From Minutocellus sp. GHC0000111 (Eukaryota), in assembly GCA_977018835.1 (NCBI GenBank), contig OZ361260.1:3100001-3164000 (forward strand): a stretch of 64,000 bases of DNA, in the 5' to 3' direction. This document shows positions 34,501 through 46,760 of this stretch, piece by piece. The notes under the pieces were generated by a model. It was not told the origin of the DNA, ran no database searches, and saw only the letters and a list, made by a program, of their open reading frames with translations. How positions within the stretch are numbered: position 1 is the stretch's first letter; every line of letters starts with the position of its first letter. Made by a program: the position numbers and the translations under genes.

Positions 34501-37500
34501 ACTGTATGGACTTGTGACAGCCTCTTGACCGATGCTTCGGAGAGTCGGTTGACGTATCAAATGATGGATTGCGAAACCCAGGTCCTCGAGCAGCTCTATG
34601 GAGCAGTTTCACAGTCCAGAGAAATCGGCATTGGCGAAATTGTTATCGACGCCGGCGTACCAATGGCCATGGTCAATGTCATCAACGGCATCCTCAATAG
34701 CAGACTTCAACGGTGGGACGTGCTCGCAGATCAAGCAAGCATTATTACCCTCATGTCCGATGACAATGCAACCATGAAGCGCAAGCACAATTTCCTCGAC
34801 CGGGTTCGCAAAGAAATTGCAAACGACCCTCTCTTCCGGGCCGAACTTGTCGTTGACGAGAATGGATCCGATACTCCGATGGAAATTGGAATCTTGACTA
34901 CACTCGACTATGACTTCTTTCCGCGTCTGTACAATGTTACCAAACAATTGCAGACAGAATCAGGTACTGATATGCACGTCCGCAAGGTGCTTGGGGCGAG
35001 GTGGGAAGAGCAAGATGAAGACGATTACGATCCCAGAGAGTATAAACTCGAGGACTATGATACTCTTCCAGGCAAGGAGCAATTGTCCCAGCAAAAGTCA
35101 ATGGGTCGTCAGAGCATCTTCCAGCTTGCTGCCAATGATGGCAAGACTCTTTCCCGATCCGACATTGAGCGTGCTTTGTTCGCCGCCATTTCTCGGGCAT
35201 TTGATTCTGTCACGGAGCTCAAAACAGTTACGGAAGTTGGAAAGGGATTCGTTACTACTGTCCTTTCTCCTCAAGGAAGTGTTAATCTTCTGTGGGATGG
35301 AGCCGCTGGCCTTCACATCAACGTCTTTTCTTATGACGAAACTGAGGAAAAATCCAAGGCTTTCGCCAAGGTCATCGAAAAACAGATATCTGCAACACTG
35401 ATTCAGCACGATGAACAGCCTCGCGGAACTGGCCGCGTCGTCAATTTTTCTGATGATGCCAACTCAAATACCAAGACCACTTCTGCTAGCAGCAGCGGCA
35501 GCGCCATCGTCACCGATGATGACAGTGAGCGCCCAATGGTTGACTATGAATGCCCTGTACTCGAAGAAGGTTCTAGTCAAAATGATATCGCGGGCTACTT
35601 CGATTATTACGATAACGATGTCGAGCGACATGCAGAGAACGAGAAGGACAAAAATTACTACATCGATGGCTTCCGCAATGTCTCGTTTGGAGGCCGGGGG
35701 TTCAAATTCTTCCAGATGAAAGAGAAAGCTGCCGAGTACAAAGCCAAATACTACGGCGATGCTCTCAAGGATGGCGATTGGATTTACGAAGGCGCCAGCG
35801 GAGAGGCATTCAACCTCTTGCTGACGCTGGAAATACTTGCCGAGCAGAGAGGTATCAAGAATCTTCGCGCTTTTGGCAGCGATTACCTAACAGAAAGCGT
35901 CGAGGTCGCTGGTAAGCTATTTGAGGCCCAGTCGAAGGTAAACCCTTGGATCAAGAAGGGCAAATTCTGCCAAGGTGACTCCACTGGTAAGTGTCGTTAC
36001 TGCCTTCCTACCTCTCTAGGTACCATCTTTTGATTTTGTCAAGTCTTGATCATTTCTATTTTTGATCCTCTCCCTCACCTTTCCCCGCTGCGCGTTCCAT
36101 CACCAAAATCCCTTAAAAATTCTCTCGAGCAGATCTATCGTTTGTTCCTGCCGACACATTTGATCTCGCGTTTACATATGTCGATCCCATGGTCGATGCT
36201 TTGGGACGTTATGATGATGATGTTGAGTTCGACGATCGAGTTGAGGAGATGAAGGAATTGTGCAAGTCAGACGACGAAGAGGATCAGGATGTCGTTGCAT
36301 TTGACCAACAGGCGCAAGAAAATTGGCACAGCGACTGGGTGATGGAGCTGATCAGGACTACCAAGCCTGGAAAAGCCATTATCATTGGTGAGTGAGAGGT
36401 CAGCGGGTTCGGCGGGAACCACTGTTCTGTCAACATTCAACACTTCTTGCTTTTTCTAGAACACTGCTCTCATTTCTATTCTTTTGCATATTTTTCGTTT
36501 ACCTCTTTTGTGCCCCTGCAGAGGATGTTGACACACCCGTTTGTGACGAATCCCGAATGGGGTGGTGTTGCGACGTCGTGGTGGAAGTTTGCAGTAGACG
36601 AGTACGGCTGGGATGTCGATCCAGATTCCATTGAAATTGTCGAAGCAGCGTGGTATCCTCATCGGTACAACGTCTTTATGCGCAAGAACGTCGTGTCCAA
36701 GAGCAACAATTTCGACAAGAATCTGTCGAGAGACGATGGCCCCATCACAACCTGTCCTTCTCACTATTGGAACGAAGAGATGCACGTCGCAAACGCCTTC
36801 GAATACGACGTGGATCTCGAGGTTGTATCTAGGATATGGGCTGAGTACGAGAAGGATGTCCGGCCGCATCTGAATACAGGAAATTCAACTGATGACTTTT
36901 GCCTTGTCACTCCGTATAATCCCGAAACCATCACGTGGGAGCACGATGATGGAGTTGTTCGTTCCGACATCAAGGTATGTAATTTTCCTTCAATTGATTG
37001 GTTTTTGTCCCTTCCGCACTTTTTTGGTTCACAATTGGTTGAGCTCACAAACAAATAATTCCACTCCTACTCGTCCCCTTCCACACAGTGGTACTCAACG
37101 AGAAACGAGAAGACATTCAATAAGTATGCCCAGTTTGTTGATGAACTCGGCCTCAAGGATCTTGTGAAGGGAACATGGATCGATAGCGAAGATCCAACCA
37201 TCTATGCCATCTTTTTCATCCCCCGGTCCCACTCGGAAGTTCACCAATTTCACGAAGATTGGCGTTATACTGCAAAGACTCAAATCATGACAATGCTTGT
37301 TCCCATCAACAAGTTTGATATTCACCTCAAGTACTATGATGCCGATGATGAAGAACGTGGCTATGAGTACAAGTACGGAAAGGGAATCGGCTTCGCTGGA
37401 GGATTCATCCACACTACCGACATTGGAGATGGAGAGGAGGAGGACGTACTGCTTTGTGTCTACCTGGGCAGCCAAGATGAGAAAATATGGCGCATCGCAC

Positions 37501-37637
37501 AAAATAACATCGGAGATGAGGTTGAGTGGTACAACAGCCCAATCAAGGGCTTCGTTCGGAATGAGAATTACCCTGACAAGAGAGTTTGTCAGTATGGAGC
37601 CCAGACGAAGTATCCGTGGAAGGAGGGCAAAGAGTAA
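31592..37637 (+). CDS. Secreted multidomain polyamine-biosynthesis fusion: SET, aminopropyltransferase, AdoMetDC-like x2, class I MTase, dioxygenase-like; one in-frame TGA and one frameshift as assembled
   Basis: Signal peptide; SET (GVFATERIEEGE, YNH, GEQIYISY); RRVLFVGGGDS...LELDQ...GDA...FDLVLVDLSET; LILQEGYVTVRTWPEQNYAAFDIHLW; YEGASGEAFNL...GSDY...QGDSTDLSFVP; FHEDW...IHTT. Introns 32209-32316, 32475-32585, 35987-36132, 36389-36521, 36975-37089. TGA at 32680; frameshift near 36545. Confidence 0.8.
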
Positions 37638-37733
37638 TACATACATAACTTAGAGAAATCACAAATCCTTTCTAGCCTTTACTCTACTACGTAGCTACGT
37701 AGCTAGATTCTTAGCAAACACTGCCAACCACCC

Positions 37734-40700
37734 CTATTTCATCTTGGGAAGGCATTCTGAAAGGGCCAGAGTTTCGCCAGGAGCAAGGCCGACGGCAGCA
37801 GCAGCATGCCGCTGGTCAGATGATGGGCTTTCGGCAATCTCACTCAGTTGTGTGGACGCTTGGGTTGAGAAGCCTCGCAAGCTTACACTCCGTTGCGAAA
37901 ATGTCCCGCTCGTGATCGATGAACCATGATACGACGACGACGCTTGAGATGCACCATCGCCAACAGTCCCCGTCGGCATCATTTCACTTCTTTCCATCCA
38001 ACCTTCTCGTCCTCCCGGCGGTGGTGCGTTGGTACGTCCCCAAACGTTGGAAAAGTCACCGCGAGAGGCACCGTCACCAGCATCGAGCTGCAATACAGAA
38101 GCTGCGTGGACATTTCCGAGCAAGCTTGATGATCCTGCGGTAGTCTCATTGATCGGGACGGCAACGACAGGCTCAGGCAAATTTGTATTGCCCACGCGTT
38201 CTACCGTCCATTGGCTATCGGATCCATCGACGTCAGAACCATCAAAGTTGGGAGCAGCTTCTTCATCCGAGTATGTTCCCAGTGGAATCGTGTAGGATTT
38301 TACAATTGGGGGGAGGGACGCTTCGACTTCTCGGCGCTTTGCCCCAATTCGAGGCGTCTCGCCCTCTACCTCTACCTCCTCTTCTTCTTGACCTACACCC
38401 CTATCGAATGACGAGGCATCTTGATTGTTGAAAATTCCCCTCCCTCGACGCAGGCAATATACTCCAAGCACGCCGCCCACAGCAACTACGCCAACGAATG
38501 CCGCGAGGCCTGCAGCAACACCCACACCCCTGTTTCGGCCACTTCCGTCAGAAGCGCTTTCATCTACGAGGGACGCAGGGCGGACAAATTCGCTACCATC
38601 AGCCCACGTCAAAGATAAAGCTTGGGCGCCCTGCAACTCCATGTCTCTTGACTGGCGCAGTTCAAACAAGAGATCATCCGTGTCAAGTGCGTCTAACATG
38701 GCGGCCCTCACCGCATTTACTCCAGGCACTTGGAAACCTTCATCCCGAAGGAAAAGGGCAGAGCCGCTTAGCTCATACGAAACCACTTTGGCTCGCGTGA
38801 GTTCAACCGTACCCTTCTCTCTAGCCCCGATCAGTAAGCCACGAAAGCTCTCCCATTCTTCCCGGAACGCGGAGTCCAGGAGTGTGCCAACAATGCGTTG
38901 GACCTCGGTCTTATCAATGAGAAGTCGATGCCCAGGTGCTGGACCAGTCTCCATATTAAGATCCCTTCTTGACCTCCTGCCATCCAGATCTCTTGGAACC
39001 GTCAAATCGAGTTGAAAGGCAGGGAAATTGATCCAGATCTCATCGTCATCAAGAAAGGATTCCACGGTAGGCACGGGAGTCGGTTCTGATGCACGGGAGC
39101 CGTCATCGAATGAATCGCCAGTGTTGGTTATTGGGTAAACAGTTTTCACAGGAGCGAATGATGGGGAGAATGTCGAATCTGGAATACTGCTGCTGATTGG
39201 AGATGGGGTAGAAGGCCGAGGCGATGGTCTCGGCGTTGAAGGTGCCGGGGTAGGGCCAATAAAAATGGCATCAGGCAATGTCGGAGGCTTCGTAGGGCGA
39301 TATGTAGGCTTTCGACTGGGCTTGGGAGTTGGGGGTGGTCCATCACGAGGGTCGTAACAGTAGTCCGTACCACTCTCTCCTTCCGATTTGCATCCGTAAA
39401 CACTCTTGAGTCTTCCTCCGTCTCTTTTCATGCATCGCAGCCCCGGATAGCAATCCGAGTCAGAATCTACAAAATTGATGGTGCAGTAGGAACGAGCAAA
39501 AGGGGTCAGAGTATGCATATGGGCGATCAGCTCTGAATAAAGAAAGAAGATTATCAGCAGCACTTACCACAATCGCCCTCACACTTTGCAAGCATGTATT
39601 TCCCGAGATTGTTACCGACCCGGGTAAGTTTGGCAGATCCGGTTGGCATTGTCGGAGGAAGAGGCGTTGGCTTCCTAGTCGGCTTCGGCGTTGGAGCAAC
39701 AGGTTTTCTCGTCGGACGAGGCGTTGGAACAATTTCCGCGGGGTCATAGCAGTAATCAAATTTGAATTCACCTTGTCCAAGACATCCCGGTACCGACTCA
39801 AGCCTTCCATCTGTACCCCCCGGGGCGTGGTCCTTGCGTTTCCAACACTTCAAGGAGCCAAGGCAATCCGAATTACTCCCACAATCACCCTCGCAGGCTC
39901 CACAGGGCTCATCTTCCGCACAATTCTCCACCTCCCGGAGCATGTTGCTATGATAATCGATATTCGATGGTTGTGCTACAGGATGAGCGGTGGGAGAAGG
40001 CATTGGCTCGGCTGTAATCAACAGAGAAGGCTCATTTGTGGGCTTCGCCGTCTCATCCATATCCTCCTTTCGAATGCAATAGTCAACATCCCTGACGGGA
40101 GTTCCACGACACCCGAAAACTCTCTGATCATTTCCCTTTCGCTGCAGACATATCAGGCCATCACCACCGCATTCGTCATCTGAATCGCAATCTCCTTGAC
40201 ATCTTGAGCATTTCTTCCAATAGCACTGCCCGACAAAGTCAAGCGTGTCGCTGTCCTCGTCGACGTCCTCCTCCACTGTGGGATGATGAGTAGGATGTAC
40301 GGTAGGGAAAGGCGTTGGTTGTGGTCGGGGATGATCTGTCGGCTCATGGGAAGGACTTGGGGTTTCCTTCTGCGGCTTTGGTGTCGGCGACGGGGTTGGC
40401 TTTGGACGAGGTCTCTTGGTAGGTTCGTCACTCGGCTTGGGTGTCCGGAATCTGGTTGGATCTGGTGAGGGACGCCTGGTCGTCGGGGTATCGGTCGGCT
40501 CAGGCGTTTCATCGTCTCGCGAATCTTCATCAGACTCTTCTTCTGGTGTTGGTTGCGGAGTCGGTTTCGGACGAGGTCGCTTTGTGGGTTCCACGGTCGG
40601 TGCAGGGGTATCCATCCTAGTGGGGTCTGAATAGCAATCAAAGCAAAGCAAAAATATAGTTATGGTGGTAAGTAGATGTAATGCAGACAGAAAGGGGCAC

Positions 40701-41878
40701 GCATGGCTCGCAATCCCCCCAGACGAAGCAAACGTACCAGGAGTTGGTCTGGGACGAGGCCTCTTCGTAGGCTCTTCGGTCGGCTCTTCAGTCGGCTCGG
40801 GAGTTATCTTCCGTGTGGGATCTGAATACGATTAGTAGGAAACCAATGCAGAGACAGTGCTGGATGAGGGATAGAGATGAGAAAGTCAAAAAGAGTGCAG
40901 CAATCAAACATATCACGCACAATACTCACCGGGAGTTGGTTCCGACCGAGGCCTCTTCGTCGGATTGGATGTAGGCTCAGGCGTTTCTTCGGGAGTTGGT
41001 GCTGTTCACGAAGGCGCAATTGGCGAGAAGAGGAGGGGCAAGAGAATGGTGAGAATATCGAAAACCACATACCGGTACTCATCATGTGGTGACAAACAAT
41101 GCCGGCATGTTCATTTCTTACCAGAAGTCGGCTTTGGTCGTGGCATAGTAGTGGGCTCCTTCGTTGGATCCTTGGTCGGTTCTGTGAGTTGAATTCGAAT
41201 TGCAACGATGCAAACAAAATGTTGAGAATAACATTCCATACCACAATACCACATCACGTCATCCCTGCTTAGACCCGTCAACACTACATCACATTCGAAC
41301 ATGACAACATCCATCCATTATTCACCTTCCGTAGGATCCACCGTTGGCTCATTGGTCGGCTCCACCGTCGGTGCAGGCGTCGGCTCTGCCGTCGGATGCT
41401 GCGTAGGATCCTTGGTATCGTCGTCATCATCTCCCCCTCTGCTGTTCCTATCTCGTCCTTCGTTCCAATCCTCCCACCGGTCCCTCCACTCATCCTCGTC
41501 TTCTTTCCACCTGCCTCCTCCCTTGTTGTTCCCATTACCGTTGCCATTGCCATTGCCTTTGCCCTCCCGCCACTCATCCACGTCATCGTAGTCCCACTTG
41601 TTGTTGCGATCGATCTGCTCCTCCTCCTGGAGGGAACGGGTTGCCATCACTGCAACGCCGGTAGTCGTACCAACGCCGCTGCTCATCTGTGACTGCTGAG
41701 CATCAGCGCCGCCAGCCTCGGACGGCAGCGAGGGTGGGATCTGGGAAGCCGAAGTCAGATGCAGACAGAGCAGGGCCGAGGTCAGGATGGACAGCAGGAC
41801 GATGGTCGTGGTGGCACTGCTGCCTCCACCGGTAGCAGCAGCTCGAGATGATGGGCGGCGGGAGCTGCTCATCATCAT
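37734..41878 (-). CDS. Type I membrane cell-surface protein with Pro/Thr stalk and three frustulin-like acidic Cys-rich domains (6 exons)
   Basis: Exons 41878-41326, 41181-41122, 41001-40930, 40821-40738, 40626-39568, 39466-37734 with canonical GT-AG introns. Signal anchor, RSLQ motif, C(Q/E)GDC.S..(D/E)C...L.C..R...V.GC.G.....DYC x3, TM GVAAGLAAFVGVVAVGGVLGVYCL. Confidence 0.85.
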
Positions 41879-42430
41879 TGCTGCTTTTCGTTCGGCCGAG
41901 GTGCTGGTCACGCAGGCAGCGGCAACGCAGCGGCTGCAACAACCACAGCTAGCGTACACCTATCAATGAATACCTCCGCAACACTCAATAATCAGCTGGC
42001 GTAGCAGGTAGTCGGCGTCGGCTGCAGTCAGTGGCGGCAGGTTCTCGCGTTGGCATCGCCTGCTCACCCAACAACAGCAAAACGGGTTTGGATTTTACCG
42101 GGAGTGACTGAACAGAAACTGCAAACAAAGGGGAAAGAAGATAAGAAAAGAGGGAAGTGTGAAAAGTGGCCGACGGTTGCTTGGCAATTTGGCAATGCAA
42201 TGCGACAGCTGTTAATCTCAGCAATTGATCTCAGATCTAAAAATCCCATAACTGGCATCTTCTATTTCATTAAAAATATCAGCAACGTAGCACCTCGCTG
42301 GATCATACCGGTAAGTTCGGGCACTCTTCCTCTGTCCGCTCCATTCCAATCCATCCCTTTCCTTTGTTCCATTCCATTGCAGTCTCTTCCTTTCTCCCCA
42401 CTTGTTTCGTAAACGTACTCATACACCACT

Positions 42431-43666
42431 TTACATGCCATCCCTTTGTGCCAAACCGGTAATGAGCTGATCTCGTGCCTGTCGGAAGGCCTGTCCGAGG
42501 GTCATGTCGCCACCCATCATGGCCGCCGCGGACATTGCGCCGGGAGGAGGACCGGCGGCTCCGGCACCGCCTCCCATCATCATGTCCTGCTCGGACTGCA
42601 TCCCCCGTCCCTCGTCGTCGCGGAGGAGGACGGAGCTGGCCAGCTTGTTCGGGTCGGTCTCCAGGATGATGCCACCGTCGCAGTGCTCGTCGATGAGGAG
42701 GAAGACCAGCTCGAGATTGTCCAGGACCATGGTCCGGTCGGTGGCACCGCCCATGAGGTGGGACAGGGCGCCGTACATGCCCTCGGCCAGGTGGGCCAAC
42801 ACCAATTCCGACTCGTTCGGCGGACCGACGTGGACGACGCGGACGTCGCCCTGCCCCCCGCCGCCGTGGGGGTTGGTACCCCCGCAGAACACGCACGTCC
42901 GGCCGTTGACGGTCACGACCTCGGCGGCGTCGGGCCGGGCGGCGATGCCGACGACCTTGGACTGGACGTTGCGCTCGAAGGCGGCCCGGAGGTCCTCGAC
43001 GGTCGTGCTGGACGACTTGGTCTCCTCCGAGGACGCCGCCACGGTTCGCGACGAGGCCGAAGTGAGGGAGGTGAGGAAGTCACCGTAGTACTTCCCCGCC
43101 AGGCGGTTGCCATCGCCGTCGAGGACGAGGATGGCGTCAATTCTCGGCAGGAGTGGTGGAAGTCCCTATACATTTGGATAGGGCGTAGATTGTAAGGGTA
43201 TAGGGAAATGATGTGGTTAGTTAATGTTTGTGCGCGTATGTATTGAACGAATAAATTTGCGTGGTGGCCCTCTCCTTCCGGTTGTTGCATCGCATTGCGT
43301 TGTGCTCTGTCTTCTCTTGATGCCACATGACATGTTTGCGATGAACAACATCCACAGTTCCACCTGCGCAGCCAAGATGCCAACACATGTCTTCGCGCTA
43401 GCTAGCCGATCAAAGGAGTAGCAAGAGCCACCAATCGCCCACCCAATGCCTTGCTCGGTGGTCCAGTCCACGCCAAGAGCTTCCACCCGATGTGCCGTTT
43501 TTCGGCCACCGGTTTATCGGATGCTGACTGATCGCATTTCTTTTGCGACTGCTCACAAGACCGCCATCCCGCCTGCAACATACCCATTGCGACCACATCA
43601 AGTATCGCCGAACGGCAAGCAAACAAGCAAGGCCCGAGCCAGAGCGGCAGCGGTGAAACTCACCAT
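42431..43666 (-). CDS. COPZ: Coatomer subunit zeta (exon 1 is ATG only; intron 43166-43663)
   Basis: IDAILVLDGDGNRLAGKYY, NESELVL, LDNLELVFLLIDEHCDGGIILETD and TLGQAFRQARDQL motifs; ATG|gtgagt at 43666. Confidence 0.92.
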
Positions 43667-43931
43667 CGTTGTTTTTTTATGGTGGCGATGGCGCAAGCAA
43701 AAAGGTGTGTGCCGCGCGCTGGATTTCGATCCAAGCTGGACAGCGTCAAAAAGAAATTGCAAAATTCGCCACTCGAGGGCTTCGAGGCTCATTTTTTGTG
43801 GACCAACCATGAGATGCACGAGATTCGTCCCTGCGCTAGATCTACTGCACGGATACTAACCATTGCCACGAAAGCCATACACTCTTTGTTTTGCACATCG
43901 AACGTTCGGGTGGTTCGCGCGTCTAGCACTG

Positions 43932-46760
43932 ATGGTGCGACCAGCCGCTCCGGCTAGCAACACATCGCCGCATGCCTCCTCGGCACGCACGAATGCCAAC
44001 CACAAGAAGAAGAGGCTCTTTCTGGCCCTCCTCCCACCCCTCCTCGCCCTGGCGGGTCTTGTGCGTTTCTCCACCTCCTTCTTCCTCGCCAGACGGTCGT
44101 TGGCGGCCAAATCGGAATGCGGAGCGGCTCGGCATCTCCTCACGAAGGTCCTCGGTTTGAATTCAAACGAAGTCGATCAGCTGGTGGGGGGTGGATATGT
44201 GCTTGGTGATGATGAAGGCGACACAGGTGGAGGTTGCTGGGTGCCGCGCACGGTCGATGCGGCGATTATTGTTGTGGTCGATGCTCTACGATTTGACTTT
44301 GCCGTCGGGAGGTTACCTAAATCCATCGGGTCGAGAATACGAAGCAGCAGCAATAATGTTGATGATGCACAGCAGTCCAGACTGTTTACGTTTGTGGCTG
44401 ATCCACCAACAGTAACGATGCAGCGTCTCAAGGGATTAACGACGGGAGGGCTGCCGACCTTTGCCGACATATCCGGTAACTTTGGTGGCGCCAGCATCGA
44501 TGAGGATAGTTGGGTCCAGCAGCTTCATGATGTTCCCATCGAGAGACGACGAAGTCCTTTGCAGCATTTACATCATCAACAAGGGCAAGCCGTACTTCCG
44601 TCAGGGGAGACCAAAAGGGCTGGCGCACGGATGGGCTTTGTGGGCGACGATACCTGGGTCGATCTATTCCCCACACAATTTGATGACTCCAATCCCTATC
44701 CCAGCTTCAACACGCGTGATCTGGACACTGTTGATGATGGCTGTTTAGAGCATTTGCCCCGGCTTCTCTCCAACCTTGGAGGTGGAGAAAGGCTTGGGGT
44801 GGAAAATGATAAATCAGACGAGGAGAAATTCGAGCTTCTTGTGGCTCACTTTTTGGGTGTTGACCACGTTGGGCATACCTACGGCCCTCACGATCGGCAC
44901 ATGACCGAGAAGCTGGCGCAGATGGACGATGCTCTGTCTTATGTGCTGGAAACGATCGACTCGACTCCCACCGACTCCTGCCGGGCAGCTCTGGTCTTTG
45001 GTGATCATGGAATGACAGAGGATGGCAACCATGGTGGCGGCACCGAAGACGAGACCAATGCGGCGCTATTTGTGCACTATTCCAAGGGCTGTGGGGGGAT
45101 AGGTGCGAATGACTCAAGCGCTGGTGCTTGTGTTGCTGATGCAGACGCCGAAGCTGCCGTCGAAGCGTTCGAATCGATCCATCAGATTGATCTTGTACCG
45201 ACGATATCTGCCATGCTGGGCCTTCCCATACCACATGCCAATCTAGGTGGACTCGTCCCGGCGTTGTTGCCTACTCCGAGGCGAACTCATCATACAAGCG
45301 AAAATGTGGAGAATGATGAAAGCGATCTCGTCAGGGTCGAGGCGGCCGCCGCCGCTCTTGCCCTCAACGCTGCACAGATATGGAATTACCTCGATACCTA
45401 CTCTCGCACCGCAAATAAGCTCCCTTCAAGTGCCATGATGGAATTGAAAGAGCTCCTGGATAAAGCCACCGAAGCCTACAGAACCGCTCTATCATCTTCT
45501 GCACAGCAACAAGAGGGACAAGGATCACTTGTCGCTTATCGTGAGGCATGTTCTTTGTACAAACTCTTCTTATCAGAAGCAACCGAATTAGGCGAGCGGG
45601 TTTGGACGAGGTTTGATACAAATGGAATGATTCTGGGAGGTATTCTTCTCGGGTTTGCTCTATTGGTTTCGTTTCCTGCCTGGAGTTCTGCCCTTTCTGT
45701 CATTAGTGATGTCGGGAAGTGGATCATTTATTTTGTGGGTGGCTTCAGAGCCCCAGCCACTGTGTCCCTTGATGTTGGAAGCCTTATCGAGAGTGGCGCC
45801 GCCATGCTGTTTATGATCTTTCATTGCCTTGTCCTCACCTTTAGCAACAGCTACATCGAGACAGAAAGTGACATAATCATGTTCCTTCTTGGCTGTCTCT
45901 GCATATCGATGGGCATTCGTCGATGGGCAAACACTGGACAAGGAGATGATATCAGGACATTAAATAACAAGGATCACGGTAAAGAAAAACCGGGGGCCAA
46001 AGACCACGCGGCGTTTTTTCCTTTCCTGGCAGCGCTATGTTCGAGAACAAATGCATTATTTGTGAGTGGGCACGGTCTTGACCCATCGATACGAATGCAC
46101 GCTGCACACGATGCTTCAGTATTTCTCCCCAGTTTGGCGATTCTAGCTGCCTTCCGCCTAATAACATCGCACTTTGCCTCTATTCATCGAAGCAGTTATC
46201 GTCCCGCGCGAAATGGACCTCTGCAGTAGCCGATAGAAAGAGAGTAAGTCAAGTCATCACATTTCCTTTGCTTAATTCTTAGATTGTTGGATTCATCTCA
46301 CTTCTCTTTGAACCTTCATTCTACGTTATCCATACTTTCCTTCGTCATAAAGTCCACTGCGCCGGTAGTGGCATCACTCTGGAGATTGGCAATTCGACAT
46401 GCTTTCTTAGCTACAAATCACGCTCCAACATTCAGTCGTCTACAATATTCGGCTGCATTTGTTGCATCTGATACCTTTTACTACCATATGGCCGGCATGT
46501 CTCTATTTCTCAATACGTTTGGATGGGAAATCATTGGGGCGATCCTTGTGTTGACGATATCTTCTCAAACCAACAGAAGAAAGGACGTCTGGTCATGGTT
46601 TTGCTTCTACCAGCTCTTAGAGGCCGCTGGCTCTTGCATATCAGTCAGCTTGATGAGACGACACCTCATGGTTTGGGCAATCTTTGCTCCAAGATTTGTC
46701 TTTGCCTGTGTATTCACTCTCATCGGCCTTGTCTTTTGGCTATTGGGATTGATTTTGATG
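43932..46760 (+). CDS. PIGO: GPI ethanolamine phosphate transferase 3 (PIG-O/GPI13); frame disrupted near 46200 and at the 3' end as assembled
   Basis: VVDALRFDF, ADPPTVTMQRLKGLTTGGLPTF, HFLGVDHVGH, GDHGM..DGNHGG, QIDLVPT and C-terminal RRHLMVWAIFAPRFVF. Probable intron 46244-46351. Confidence 0.88.

Noticed and set aside
21802..37637. eIF5A (spermidine-derived hypusine) and the polyamine fusion as a functional cluster
   Set aside because: About 9 kb apart with unrelated genes between; the fusion is secretory while hypusination is cytosolic.
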